In this document: positions 26,812-36,936 of the stretch, in pieces | Numbering within the stretch: position 1 is the stretch's first letter | Layout: each line of letters starts with the position of its first letter | DNA from: an uncultured Chloroflexia bacterium | GTDB lineage: Bacteria > Chloroflexota > Limnocylindria > QHBO01 | Length of the DNA: 64,000 nucleotides | NCBI GenBank assembly: GCA_963767985.1 | Contig: CAVYGE010000002.1 | Coordinates: forward strand, 457,217 to 521,216 | Direction: 5' to 3' | Notes under the pieces: generated by a model | Told to the model about the DNA's origin: nothing | Databases searched by the model: none | What the model saw: the letters and a program-made list of their open reading frames with translations, nothing else | Translations under genes and position numbers: made by a program

Positions 26812-27710
26812 CCGGCGGCCCGGTGCGCGGGATCGCTGGCAGCCACGAGGTCGCTCAGGTCGGCGATGCCCTGGCGCGAGAGCGGCAGGCCCGCATCCTC
26901 CAGCGCCGATAGCGGGCCCTGGGCCTGCACACGGCCGTCGCGCAGGTACAGCAGGCTGTCGACCAGCCCGGCCTCGCTGCCGGGATCGCGACTGGCCAGG
27001 ACGACCGTCCGCCGATCGCCCGGGACGCGGAGCAGCCGGGTGCGCTCGACCGGGCCGATGGCGCGCAGCGGCTCGTCGAGAACGAGGACCTCCGGATCGC
27101 CGAGGAGCGCGCAGGCCAGGCCGGTCCGCTGGCGGAGCGCATCGCCGCCGCGGCCGATCGGGCGTCCCGCGGTGACCGGGTCGATGCCAGTCCAGCGCAG
27201 CCATCGGTCAGAGCGGCGCTCAACCTCGTCCGCCGGGATGGCCAGGAGCTCGCCGGCCAGGCGCAGCGCCTCCGCCGGTGACATCCAATCGTGGAGACCG
27301 GCACCTGGTCCGAGGTAGGCGACCCGCCGCCCCCATCCCTCCGCCGTCGGGTCGCTGAGGCCCGCCACCCGGATGCGACCGCGATCAACCGGCGCCAGCC
27401 CGCCGATGATGCGCGCCAGCGTCGATGCACTGGCCTCGGGATCGGAGACGACGAGCAGTCGAGCTCCTGCCGGCACGGAGAAGGAGCAATGCTCGAGGTC
27501 ACGCCGACGACGCACATCGGTGCAGGTCACCGCCGCCGGCGACAACGCACGGAGGCTCGGCGCGCTCCACAGCGCATCCGGGGTCGAGCTCGTCAGCGCG
27601 GAACCTCCTGTGTCGCCGCCGGATCGGTTGGGCGCGCCGATGCTAGCAGAGGGGTTGACGGATCCGCCGCCGGACGAATACCATAAGCAACTGCTTATAT
27701 AAAGCCTCAT
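26808..27710 (-). CDS. ABC-ATPase-like protein with degenerate catalytic motifs (start uncertain: 27710 or GTG 27530)
   Basis: Aligns by eye to ABC NBDs. Walker A is SDPEASAS instead of GxxGxGK(S/T); signature region is RGGDALRQR; Walker B LVLDEP is kept; the H-loop His is absent (..VVLASRD..). Confidence 0.6.
   Translation of the reverse strand: MRLYISSCLWYSSGGGSVNPSASIGAPNRSGGDTGGSALTSSTPDALWSAPSLRALSPAAVTCTDVRRRRDLEHCSFSVPAGARLLVVSDPEASASTLARIIGGLAPVDRGRIRVAGLSDPTAEGWGRRVAYLGPGAGLHDWMSPAEALRLAGELLAIPADEVERRSDRWLRWTGIDPVTAGRPIGRGGDALRQRTGLACALLGDPEVLVLDEPLRAIGPVERTRLLRVPGDRRTVVLASRDPGSEAGLVDSLLYLRDGRVQAQGPLSALEDAGLPLSRQGIADLSDLVAASDPAHRAAG
27683..27698. promoter_or_regulatory. inverted repeat ATAAGCA-ac-TGCTTAT in the AT-rich ArsR divergent promoter region
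   Basis: 7-bp arms with a 2-nt spacer, 30 nt upstream of the ArsR ATG. Flanked by TATATAAA and TTGATAAA, the most AT-rich stretch of this part of the window. Confidence 0.5.
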
Positions 27711-27727
27711 TTGATAAAGATCGGCTC

Positions 27728-28090
27728 ATGATCACCTCCCCTCCCGAGACACCCGCCGAACAGGATCTGCGTCGCCTTCGCGTGCTCTACCGCGCGCTGG
27801 GCGACGAGACGCGCCTGCGCGTCATCGGCCTGATGGCGGAGATCGGCCCCCTGCCGGTTCGCGAGCTGTCGGCTCGCGTCGGCCTCTCACAGCCGCTCAT
27901 CAGCTGGCACCTGCGCATCCTCCGCCTGGCGGGGCTTGTCGACACCCAGCGCACCGGTCGCGAGGTGATCTGCCGGCTCCGCACCGCGGCCTTCGAAGAG
28001 CTTCACGACGCAGAGGCGCGACTGATCGGCGGTACCGCCGGTGTGGCGGGAGCACCGGACGCACGCGGAACGGTCCCCGATGTCAACTAG
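27728..28090 (+). CDS. ArsR/SmtB-family transcriptional regulator
   Basis: ..LRVLYRALGDETRLRVIGLMAE.GPLPVRELSARVGLSQPLISWHLRILRLAGLV.. is a winged-HTH ArsR signature. Confidence 0.85.
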   Translation: MITSPPETPAEQDLRRLRVLYRALGDETRLRVIGLMAEIGPLPVRELSARVGLSQPLISWHLRILRLAGLVDTQRTGREVICRLRTAAFEELHDAEARLIGGTAGVAGAPDARGTVPDVN

Positions 28091-28751
28091 CCGCGACCAC
28101 GCCGACGACCTGCGGCGCGGCGCCTCCGTCATGCCGGCGTGGTTCAAGGATGCCGTTCGCGGCACCCTGGCGCCGGTCGTGCGGCTGGCCATGGCCCTCC
28201 ACCTGACCCCGAACACCATCACCGTCATCGGCCTCGCCATCACCGTCGTGGCATCCGCCCTGGTTGCCTCCGGCTGGCTGCTCGTGGGGGCGGCGCTGCT
28301 GACGGCCGGCTCGCTGCTGGATGCCGTCGATGGCGCGCTCGCCCGGGCGCAGGGTGGCGGGACGCCGTTCGGCAGCTTCCTGGACTCCACGCTCGATCGC
28401 GCCGGTGAGGCGATCGTGTACGCCGGAATCGCCGGCTGGTTCCTGACCACGCTGGCCGACCCGGTCCTTCCCGTCGCGGCGGTGTTCGTGGCGCTCGGCG
28501 GCTCGTTCCTCGTCAGCTACGCGCGGGCCCGCGCGGAGGCGATCGGCATCTCGGCGACCATCGGCCTGGCCCCGCGCACGGAGCGCCTCGTGCTCGTGAT
28601 CGTCGGCATCGCCCTTGCGGGCCTCGGATTCACGCCCATCCTCATCGCGATCCTCGTCCTCGTCGCCGCGCTCACGGTGGTGACGGTCATCCAACGCATC
28701 TGGCACGTCTGGCGCGTCAGCCAGGCCACATCACGCAGCAGGGAGCACTGA
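28080..28751 (+). CDS. CDP-alcohol phosphatidyltransferase (phosphatidylinositol-phosphate synthase-like)
   Basis: Motif [30 protein letters not shown] matches D-x2-DG-x2-AR-x8-G-x3-D-x3-D. Adjacent to ino1. Confidence 0.8.
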   Translation: MSTSRDHADDLRRGASVMPAWFKDAVRGTLAPVVRLAMALHLTPNTITVIGLAITVVASALVASGWLLVGAALLTAGSLLDAVDGALARAQGGGTPFGSFLDSTLDRAGEAIVYAGIAGWFLTTLADPVLPVAAVFVALGGSFLVSYARARAEAIGISATIGLAPRTERLVLVIVGIALAGLGFTPILIAILVLVAALTVVTVIQRIWHVWRVSQATSRSREH

Positions 28752-28759
28752 TTCGCATC

Positions 28760-29986
28760 GTGGCATCCAAGAACGGCAAGGCCGCCGGTAATGGCCATCG
28801 ACCCACCGACGGCAAGGTCCGCGTCGCCATCGTCGGCGCCGGGAACTGCGCCAGCAGCCTCGTCCAGGGGCGATATCACTACGCGGACGCGAAGGACGGC
28901 GACTTCATCCCCGGCCTGATGCACGTCAACCTCGGTGGCTATCACGTCCGTGACATCGAGTTCGTGGCAGCGTTCGACGTCGACCGCAACAAGGTCGGCA
29001 AGGACCTCTCCGAGGCGATCTTCGTCGAGCCGAACAACACCTTCAAGTTCAGCGACGTTCCACACCTCGGCGTCCCGGTCGAGCGCGGGATGACGCACGA
29101 CGGGCTGGGCAAGTACCTCTCCGAGATCATCGAGAAGGCACCCGGACCGACCGCCGACATCGTGCAGATCCTCAAGGATCGCGAGGTCGACGTCATGGTC
29201 AGCTACCTGCCGGTGGGGTCCGAGCAGGCGACGAAGTGGTACGCCGAGCAGGCGATCCAGGCCGGCGTCGCCTTCGTGAACGCGATCCCGGTCTTCATCG
29301 GGCGCGAGCCGTACTGGCAGCGACGATTCGCCGAGGCTGGCCTCCCGATCATCGGCGACGACATCAAGAGCCAGGTCGGCGCCACGATCACGCACCGGGT
29401 GCTGACGCGGCTGTTCATGGACCGCGGCGTGAAGATCGACCGCACCTACCAGCTCAACTTCGGCGGCAACACCGACTTCCTGAACATGCTGGAGCGCGAG
29501 CGGCTGGAGTCGAAGAAGATCAGCAAGACGAACGCGGTCACGAGCATGATGGACTACGAGATCGGCGAGGACGATGTGCATGTCGGACCGTCCGACTACG
29601 TCCCGTGGCTCAAGGACCGCAAGTGGTGCCACATCCGCATGGAGGGCACGACCTACGGCGACGTTCCCCTCAACCTCGAGCTCAAGCTGGAGGTGTGGGA
29701 CAGCCCGAACAGCGCCGGTGTGATCACCGACGCCATCCGCTGCGCGAAGCTGGGTCTCGACCGTGGGCTGTCCGGCACCCTCGTCGCGCCGTCGAGCTAC
29801 TTCATGAAGTCACCGCCGATGCAGATCCACGACGACATCGCGCACAACCGGGTGGAGGACTTCATCCGCGGCGAGGACAACGAGACCCTCGTCGGCACGG
29901 AGAAGCTCCCGACCAGGCGGACGAAGAAGCTGGCGGGGGCGAACAGCAAGGTCAAGGCCCGGGCCGCCGCCGCCGAGGTCCTCTAG
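28760..29986 (+). CDS. ino1: myo-inositol-1-phosphate synthase
   Basis: ..[62 protein letters not shown].. matches the bacterial/archaeal Ino1 pattern. Confidence 0.88.
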   Translation: MASKNGKAAGNGHRPTDGKVRVAIVGAGNCASSLVQGRYHYADAKDGDFIPGLMHVNLGGYHVRDIEFVAAFDVDRNKVGKDLSEAIFVEPNNTFKFSDVPHLGVPVERGMTHDGLGKYLSEIIEKAPGPTADIVQILKDREVDVMVSYLPVGSEQATKWYAEQAIQAGVAFVNAIPVFIGREPYWQRRFAEAGLPIIGDDIKSQVGATITHRVLTRLFMDRGVKIDRTYQLNFGGNTDFLNMLERERLESKKISKTNAVTSMMDYEIGEDDVHVGPSDYVPWLKDRKWCHIRMEGTTYGDVPLNLELKLEVWDSPNSAGVITDAIRCAKLGLDRGLSGTLVAPSSYFMKSPPMQIHDDIAHNRVEDFIRGEDNETLVGTEKLPTRRTKKLAGANSKVKARAAAAEVL

Positions 29987-30042
29987 GGACGCGTCGGCAT
30001 CGGGAAGCGCGCGGACGCCCGTGACCCGATACTCGTCCTGGC

Positions 30043-31009
30043 ATGGCCATCGCAGGCACGGGTGAGCGCAAGCGCGAGCTCCTCACCTTCTGGCTCTACC
30101 GTCTCGCGGAGCGGGTGATCAACGCGATCCCCCGCCGCATCGTGATGCCTGCCGCAGCGGCCGTCGGCAACATCGCATACGACCTGTCGGGTTCCAAGCG
30201 CCGGGTCATCCACGAGAACCTCGCGCGCCCGATGCAGCTGGACCCCGACGACCGACTCGTGCATGCCGCCGCGCGGCGGGCATTCCGCAACTACGCCAAG
30301 TACCTGGCGGACATGATGCGGCTCGGGGAGCTCAGCCCAGCGGGCCGCTGCCGATCTCGTGCGCATCGAGAACGTCGAGGTGCTGAGCGAGGCGCGAGCG
30401 GAGGGCCGGGGGGTGGTGTCATGCACGATCCACATCGGCGGCATGGACCTCATCGGCCCGGGGCTGAAGCTGCGGGGCGAGGACATGCACGTCGTCGCCG
30501 ACGACACGACCTACGGCCGCCTCTACGATCACCTGGCAGCCGCTCGCGCGCGGCAGGGCATCTTTGTCATCGGGTGGCGGAACCTGCGCGGGCTGTTCAA
30601 GGTCCTGCGCCAGAACGGCAACCTCGTCCTGTTCTGTGACGGCGGATATCGCCGCGGCGATGTGCCGGTCGAGCTGTGCGGAGAGGCGACAACATTCCCG
30701 ATCGGGCCCGCGACGCTGTCGGCCAAGACCGGGGCACCACTGCTGCCGGTGTGGTGCCGCCGCGACCGCGACGACCGCTTTGACGCACGCGGGCTGCCGC
30801 TGATCCGATGCACGAGCACCGAGCCCGGCGAGATCTACCGCGCGACCCAGGAGCTGGCCGACGCACTCGGCGCGGTGATCGCCGACGACCCGGGCCAGTG
30901 GTACATGTTCCGCCCCGTCTGGCCGGTGACCGACGAGGACCGCGCCGACGCCCAGGCGGCGCTGGCCGCCGCCCGGCAGGGACGGGACTGGACCCGGCGC
31001 GAGTCGTGA
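30043..31009 (+). CDS. lipid A/PIM-type lysophospholipid acyltransferase (LPLAT, HtrB/PatA-like); apparent extra G in the GGG run 30342-30344
   Basis: N-terminal part in one frame (..RRAFRNYAKYLADMMRLGELSPA), the rest in the next (..AADLVRIENVEVL..CTIHIGGMDL..LFCDGGY..FPIGPATLSAKTGAPLLPV..). H-x4-D motif present. Confidence 0.7.
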
Positions 31010-31890
31010 TGCTCCGTATCGCGCTCGAGCTTGCCGATCGGATCGATCTCCGCGCTTCCGTCGCGCGCCGCCTACGCGCTGGCCGACCTGCTCGGTGCCG
31101 CCTGGTATCGGGTTGCGGCGGATCGGCGTCGCCTGGTCGCGGCCAACCTGGCTCGCGTGTGCGACGCCACCGGCCGTCCGACGCACGGCCGGGCGTTCCG
31201 GGACCTCGTGCGCGAGGCGTTCCGCAATCACGCCCGCTACTACGTCGAGCTGCTTCGCGCCCCCCACTACCGCGTCTGCCGAGATCACGGAGCGAGTCGA
31301 GGTGCCGCAATGGCCGGTGTTCGAGCCGGTGCTGCGCGACGGACCCGGCATGCTCGTCAGCTCGCACCTCGGCAACTTCGAGCCCTTCGGCGTGTTCCTG
31401 GCGGCGCACGGCTTCCGTCCGCTCGCGCCCGGTCGAGGAGATCGAGCCGCCGGAGCTGTTCGCGTTCCTCGCCAGGCGGCGCGGCGGCGCAAGCGTCGAG
31501 CTCGTTCCGCTGAGCCGGGCGCGCAAGGCGTTGAGCACCGAGCTGCGCGCGGGAGGCACGGTCGGCATCATCGGCGACCGCGATCTCAACGGCGACGGGT
31601 TGCCGGTCACGATGTTCGGGCACCCGACGACCATGCCGTTGGGCCCTGCGCTGCTGGCGCTCACCCATCGGGCCGGGGTCGTCGTCGGTCGCTGCCTGCG
31701 CACCGGTCCCGATCGATTCCTGGCCGATGGCGAGGTCGTTGAACTGCCATCGACGGGGAATCGGCGCAACGACATCAACGTGCTCACCGCCCGTCTCGCC
31801 GCTCGCTTCGAGCGCGATATCGCGGAAGCGCCGGAGCAGTGGTGGGGCGCGTTCCAGCCGTTCTGGCCGGATCTTCCAGCCGGGCACTGA
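31009..31890 (+). CDS. second LPLAT-family acyltransferase paralog, interrupted by three apparent 1-nt frame changes (~31046, C6 run 31260-31265, ~31430)
   Basis: The four frame segments join to MLRIALELADRI..SRAAYALADLLGAAWYRV..REAFRNHARYYVELLRAP..AEITERVEVPQW..LVSSHLGNFEPFG..VEEIEPPELFAFL..IIGDRD..PLGPALLALTHRAGVVVG.., collinear with the upstream paralog. Confidence 0.6.
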   Translation: MLRIALELADRIDLRASVARRLRAGRPARCRLVSGCGGSASPGRGQPGSRVRRHRPSDARPGVPGPRARGVPQSRPLLRRAASRPPLPRLPRSRSESRCRNGRCSSRCCATDPACSSARTSATSSPSACSWRRTASVRSRPVEEIEPPELFAFLARRRGGASVELVPLSRARKALSTELRAGGTVGIIGDRDLNGDGLPVTMFGHPTTMPLGPALLALTHRAGVVVGRCLRTGPDRFLADGEVVELPSTGNRRNDINVLTARLAARFERDIAEAPEQWWGAFQPFWPDLPAGH

Positions 31891-31893
31891 CGC

Positions 31894-32638
31894 ATGACTC
31901 GATCCGGTGGCCAGCGCGGCAAGGCCGACATGCACCTCCACACCCTGTACTCGGACGGCACGGCCTCGATCCAGTCGGTGCTCGACCATGTCGAGAGCCG
32001 GACCGATCTCGACGTGGTCGCGATCACCGATCACGAGCGGATCGATGGCGCGCTGCGGGCGCGCGAGATCCACGACGCCGGCGACTACGCGTTCGAGCTC
32101 GTCGTCGGCGAGGAGATCACGACCCGTCGCGGCCATGTCCTCGCGCTGTTCGTGACCGAGCGCATCCCGGCCCTGCGTCCGTTGTCCGAGACGCTCGAAC
32201 GCATCCATGACCAGGGCGGGATCGCGATCGCGGCCCACCCGCTGGCGCCGCTCACCCCGTCGCTCGGCACGCGCTCGTTGCGGACCGCGCACGACGGCCG
32301 CCGATCCACGCCATCGCCTCGATGGGATCGAGCTCATGAACCCGTCGGCGGCAGGACGATCGCGCCGGATCGCTCGGCAGCGGCTCAACGACGAGCTGCT
32401 CGACCTCGCCGCGGTCGGCAACTCCGACGCCCACGTGCTGGAAGGGATCGGGACCGCCTGGACCTGGTTCCCCGGGTCGTCGGCCGGCGAGTATCGCGAC
32501 GCGATCGCGGCGCGCACGACGCAGCCGGACGGGAGCTTCTGGTCGAACCGTCACAACGTCGACGTCTACCGTCGGCAGCTGCGGGCCAAGGTCCGGCACC
32601 TGCGCCATACTCTGCGGCCCACGGGAGAATGGCGGTGA
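31894..32638 (+). CDS. PHP-domain metal-dependent phosphoesterase (apparent frameshift ~32285-32305)
   Basis: ..DMHLHTLYSDGT..VVAITDHERIDG..GEEITT..GHVLALF..IAIAAHP.., then in the next frame ..LDGIELMNP..AAVGNSDAHVLEGIG.. Confidence 0.7.
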
Positions 32639-33879
32639 CGTCCGTGCGACCCGCGCGACCCGCGACCGACGGAGGGGCGGCGACGCGGCGCCCCCTCAAG
32701 ATCGGCATCGTCAGCCCGTACGGCTATCCCCATCCCGGCGGCGTGAACGAGCACGTGCGCTACACCTACGAGGCGATGCGGCGGATGGGCCACGACGTGT
32801 GGATCATCACCAGCAAGTACGGCCGAGAGCGCGAGAGCGAGGGTCACGTCATCCGTCTCGGAACAGGTTGGGCGGCGCCGACCAACGGCAGCGTCGGCCG
32901 CGTGACGCTGGGGCTCCGATTCAAGCGGCAGGCCCGCGAGGTGCTCGAGGCGCACCGCTTCGACATCCTCCACTTCCACGAGCCCTTCGTGCCGTTCCTG
33001 TCGCCGACGGTCCTCGACCAGTCGGAGACGGTCAACGTGGCGACGTTCCACGCATTCGGCGGTTTCTCGCCGTCCTACTGGATCGGCAAGCGTTTTGCGG
33101 GCGGGCTCGCGAAACTGCTCCATGGGCGAATCGCGGTCTCCGGGGCAGCGCGTCACTTCAGCAGCACGTACTTTCCCGGCGACTATCGGATCATCCCGAA
33201 CGGGGTCGACCTCGACGGGTTCACCCACGCCGAGCCATTCGAGGAGCTGCGTGACGGGACCCTGAACATCCTGTTCGTTGGCCGGCTCGAGGAGCGCAAG
33301 GGCCTGACCCATCTGCTCAAGGCCTACCATCGGCTTCGGAAGCGCAAGGTGGATGCGCGGCTGCTGGTCGTCGGCGCCGGCCCGAAGCTGCGCGAGTACA
33401 AGCGGTACGTGGGCCTGCGCGGGATCCGCGACGTCGAGTTCCTCGGGCGCGTCGACGACGAGGCCAAGGTTCGCTACTTCGCATCGGCGGACATCTACTG
33501 CGCCCCGAACACCGGGCAGGAATCGTTCGGCATCGTGCTGCTGGAGGCGATGGCCGCCGGCGTGCCGATCGTGGCCTCCGACATCCACGGCTTCAAGCGC
33601 GTCGTCGAGCGCAACGTGCAGGGCCTGCTCGTCGAGCCCCGCAACCCGCGGGCGCTGGCCGCGGCGCTCTATGCCCTGGCACGCGACCCCGAGCTGCGCC
33701 ACGAGATGGGCGAGGCCGGGCGCGCCCGCGCCCCCGAATTCACCTGGGACCGCGTGACCGAGCGGATCGTGGACTTCTACTACGAGACGCGAGAACGAGT
33801 GCTCGCCGCCCGCGACCAGGGCCGGGACGTGCGACGGGGTCGTGCTGAAGTTGTCATCCGCGCGCACGACGAGCGCTAG
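32629..33879 (+). CDS. GT4 glycosyltransferase (PimA-like mannosyltransferase)
   Basis: ATG 32629 overlaps the PHP stop. ..KIGIVSPYGYPHPGGVNEHV..FVGRLEERKG..NTGQESFGIVLLEAMAAGVPIVASD.. (E-x7-E). Confidence 0.8.
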   Translation: MAVTSVRPARPATDGGAATRRPLKIGIVSPYGYPHPGGVNEHVRYTYEAMRRMGHDVWIITSKYGRERESEGHVIRLGTGWAAPTNGSVGRVTLGLRFKRQAREVLEAHRFDILHFHEPFVPFLSPTVLDQSETVNVATFHAFGGFSPSYWIGKRFAGGLAKLLHGRIAVSGAARHFSSTYFPGDYRIIPNGVDLDGFTHAEPFEELRDGTLNILFVGRLEERKGLTHLLKAYHRLRKRKVDARLLVVGAGPKLREYKRYVGLRGIRDVEFLGRVDDEAKVRYFASADIYCAPNTGQESFGIVLLEAMAAGVPIVASDIHGFKRVVERNVQGLLVEPRNPRALAAALYALARDPELRHEMGEAGRARAPEFTWDRVTERIVDFYYETRERVLAARDQGRDVRRGRAEVVIRAHDER

Positions 33880-34892
33880 TCGGGGCGAACCACCGGTTCG
33901 CGCAGCGGCTTGCGGTACGCGATGAAGCTCTTCTCCGGCTCGAACCCCAGCGAACGGTAGAGGCCGGTAGCGCCGGTTGGGCTGTCAGCATCCACCCCGA
34001 GGCTGGCCGAGGTGAATCCCGCGTCCCGTGCCGCCGCGAGCGACGACACGAGCAGCGCTCGAGCGAGGCCACGCCGCCGCCACGGCCGACGCACCGAGAC
34101 TCCCGCCACGTAGACCCGTCGGCGGCCGTGGCGACGGTTCTCCTCCGCCGGTACGGTGGTGATGATCACGCCGGCGACCTCTTCGCCATCCCAGGCAATG
34201 CGCCACAGCGCCGGATCGGCGTTGTCGGGGTCAGACTCGAAGCGTTGCCAATCGGCCTCGGACCATTCCTGCTCGCCCCAGTGGTCCCGGAATGCCTCCG
34301 CCTCGGCCTCCCAGATGCGCCGATATTGGTCCCGGGCCACCGGTCGCACGTCGAGGCCCTCGGGCAGATTCAGGGCTTCCAGCCCGTCGAGCGACGGCAG
34401 GACCATGTCATGGAAGAATCGGGCCGCGACGTAGCCGTCTCGTTCGAGGAGCACCGACGCTCCCCGGTCGAGGTGCTGCTGCTCCGAGCCGAACCATTTC
34501 GGCTCAACGCCTTCGTGATCCGCCGCAACCTCGAGCAGCCGTGCCTCGTTCCGCCGATGGAGCGCCGTCCCGATCCCGCGCCGCCGCCAGTCCGGGTGCA
34601 CGAACCCGAAATTCTCGTACGTGCGCCCGCCTTCGACGAGGTCCTGCCAGAAGACCCTCGAGTACGCCACCAGCTCGTCGTCGACCTCGGCAAGGACGAT
34701 GTCCCGCAGCGGGTCGCAGTTGACCAGGGTCCGATACGACAGCGCGAACTGCTCGTAGGTCGTCACCTCGTCGAGGCCGTTGGCCGCCGATGCCGCGTCG
34801 TGCACGCGATGCATGGCAGGCAGGTCCGTCTCTCCGCCGTACGGGCGGAGGCGGAGTCCCGCGATCGCCAGGCTGTCGGATGCCGATGTCAT
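33876..34892 (-). CDS. double-GNAT acetyltransferase, MshD-like (paralog 1 of 3)
   Basis: Two GNAT cores (..VHPDWRRRGIGTAL.. and ..[25 protein letters not shown]..). 4-nt overlap with paralog 2. Confidence 0.75.
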   Translation of the reverse strand: MTSASDSLAIAGLRLRPYGGETDLPAMHRVHDAASAANGLDEVTTYEQFALSYRTLVNCDPLRDIVLAEVDDELVAYSRVFWQDLVEGGRTYENFGFVHPDWRRRGIGTALHRRNEARLLEVAADHEGVEPKWFGSEQQHLDRGASVLLERDGYVAARFFHDMVLPSLDGLEALNLPEGLDVRPVARDQYRRIWEAEAEAFRDHWGEQEWSEADWQRFESDPDNADPALWRIAWDGEEVAGVIITTVPAEENRRHGRRRVYVAGVSVRRPWRRRGLARALLVSSLAAARDAGFTSASLGVDADSPTGATGLYRSLGFEPEKSFIAYRKPLREPVVRPD

Positions 34893-35908
34893 GACGTTCT
34901 CGCATCCATCGGCTTACGGTAGGCGACGAAGCGATCCTCGACCGCGAATCCGGCGCGCTCGTAGAGGCCGAGGGCGCCGGAGGGGTTCTCGGCGTCGACG
35001 CCGAGGGCTGCGCTCGTCATCCCCCGCTCGCGGAGGAGCAGCAACGACTGCGACATCAGGGCCCGGGCCAGGCCGTGACGGCGCCAGGGGCGGCGCGTGA
35101 AAACGCTGTCCAGCCAACCGCGCTCAACACCGAGAGCGGAGTTCTCGTGTGGATGGATCGTGTTGAGGACGCCGGCGACGATCTCGTCGCCCTCCCAGGC
35201 GATGATCCACAGGGTCGGATCGGCATCGGGCTTCTCGAAGAACCGGCGCATCGCTGCCTCCGATTCGTCCGCGCCTCCCCAGTGGTCGCGGAACGCCTCG
35301 CGGTTCGCGCGCCACAGCAGCGGGTACTGCTCCCGGGTCACGGGTCGAACCTCGAACCCGGGGGGCAGCGGCACCTCCTCGATGGCATCGAGATGTGGCC
35401 GCACCATGTCGAGGAACCAGCGCACCGCCGTGTATCCATGACGCTCGAGCAGCTCGGCCCCCGGACGGCCATGGCCCGCGAAGGGGCTGAAGATGCCGAC
35501 GCGGTCGCCGCCGATGACCGAGGCACGCTCGCGGGCGCGCCGTTCCTGGTCGCCAAGCAGCGCGCTTCCGATGCCACGACGGCGCACGTCGGGATGCACC
35601 GCGCCCCAGAAGCGGAACTCCCGCTCGGGCGCGTTTCGCGTGTCGACCCAGTCGTGGCCGGCCACGCCCGCCACGCGTCCGTTGAGCTCGGCGATCATCA
35701 CGTCGCGGGTCGCGTCGAACTGGTCGGAGGGGTGGGCGAAGAACCCACCCACGCTTTCCACCGTCTCGCGCTCCGCCACCCGGTCGATCTCGTTCTCCGC
35801 GTTCATGACCTCGACCAGCGGTCCCAGATCCTCGCCGGCACGATACGGCCTGAGCACCAGGCCATCCGGCGCTGCGCGCTCCGCCACCGGGCGGCTCCTC
35901 GTTCTCAT
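34889..35908 (-). CDS. double-GNAT acetyltransferase, MshD-like (paralog 2 of 3)
   Basis: Start MRTRSRPVAE.. at 35908. ..VHPDVRRRGIGSAL.. and ..VFTRRPWRRHGLARALM..GLYERAGF... Confidence 0.75.
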   Translation of the reverse strand: MRTRSRPVAERAAPDGLVLRPYRAGEDLGPLVEVMNAENEIDRVAERETVESVGGFFAHPSDQFDATRDVMIAELNGRVAGVAGHDWVDTRNAPEREFRFWGAVHPDVRRRGIGSALLGDQERRARERASVIGGDRVGIFSPFAGHGRPGAELLERHGYTAVRWFLDMVRPHLDAIEEVPLPPGFEVRPVTREQYPLLWRANREAFRDHWGGADESEAAMRRFFEKPDADPTLWIIAWEGDEIVAGVLNTIHPHENSALGVERGWLDSVFTRRPWRRHGLARALMSQSLLLLRERGMTSAALGVDAENPSGALGLYERAGFAVEDRFVAYRKPMDARTS

Positions 35909-36936
35909 CGGGCCACCTCCGCCCCGTCCGCGGGCGGGTGAAGCGGCCGGCGCCACGCGGTCGACTTCTCGGTGACGGCGAACCCGACCGACTCGTACAG
36001 GCCGAGCGCGCCGGACGGATTGGCCGCGTCCACGCCGAGCGCGGCAATCTCCATCCCGCGCTCGCGCAGGAGGTGGAACGACCGCACGATGAGGGCTCGC
36101 GCCAGGCCCCGGCGGCGCCACGCACGACGCGTGAAGACGCTGTCGAGCCAGCCGCGACGAATGCCGAGCTCCCTGTTCTCCTCGGGGTAGATCGCGTTGA
36201 GCACGGCTCCCGCGATCTCGGACCCGTCGTACGCGACCACGAACAGCTCGGTGGCGAACTCCGGCGACTCGACCCAGCGACGATAGCTCGCCTCCGACGC
36301 GTCGAACCCACCCCAGTGGTCCTGGAAGGCGTCGTGATCAGCCTCCCAGATCGCCCGCCCGTCGTCCGGACCGACACCCCGGACCTCGAGTCCGTCCGCA
36401 AGCGGTGGCACGTCGGGCAGATCCCCGTCGATCCGGCATTCCATGTCGAAGAACCAGCGCGCCGGCTGCATGCCATGACGGCGGGCGAGAATCGATCCGG
36501 CGACCGAGCGATCGTTGACGAACGTCCCGACCACCTGTGGTCGCGGTGTCTCATGGGTCGCGGCCAGGTCGCCGATCCTGCGCAGCGCGTCGCCGAGCAG
36601 CGCGTCGCCGACCCCCCGTCGGCGCGCGGCCGGTTCGACGTAGCCCCGGCTGCGGTACTCGCGCAGGCCGTCGGTCGTGTCGACCCAGTCCGTCCAGGCC
36701 ACACCCACGGGCTTGCCGTCGACTTCGGCGATCCGGAGATCGCGCGACGGGTCGAACTGCTCGGAGGGATGGCGCAGCCAGGTCTCGACCTCGGGCAGGC
36801 CGATGACGAACGGGACCCCGTCGGCCAGGAGATCCGCATTCTGGATCCGGACGATCTCGGGATGATCGGCCGCGCCGCCGTAGCCGCGCAGAACCAGGCT
36901 GGCAGCCGCATCGGTCTTCATGGCAGTCTCCATCAT
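35905..36936 (-). CDS. double-GNAT acetyltransferase, MshD-like (paralog 3 of 3)
   Basis: Start MMETAMKTD.. at 36936, overlapping the permease stop. ..VEPAARRRGVGDAL.. and ..VFTRRAWRRRGLARALI..GLYESVGF... Confidence 0.75.
   Translation of the reverse strand: MMETAMKTDAAASLVLRGYGGAADHPEIVRIQNADLLADGVPFVIGLPEVETWLRHPSEQFDPSRDLRIAEVDGKPVGVAWTDWVDTTDGLREYRSRGYVEPAARRRGVGDALLGDALRRIGDLAATHETPRPQVVGTFVNDRSVAGSILARRHGMQPARWFFDMECRIDGDLPDVPPLADGLEVRGVGPDDGRAIWEADHDAFQDHWGGFDASEASYRRWVESPEFATELFVVAYDGSEIAGAVLNAIYPEENRELGIRRGWLDSVFTRRAWRRRGLARALIVRSFHLLRERGMEIAALGVDAANPSGALGLYESVGFAVTEKSTAWRRPLHPPADGAEVAR

Noticed and set aside
31894-33879. 661-aa ORF suggesting a PHP-GT4 fusion protein. Likewise the 971-aa ORF 43386..46301 suggests a DUF2723-GT2 fusion.
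   Set aside because: In both, the middle section is Arg/Pro-rich out-of-frame read-through. The real C-terminus of the first gene is in the adjacent frame, ending in a stop that overlaps the ATG of the second gene (32629 and 45549).
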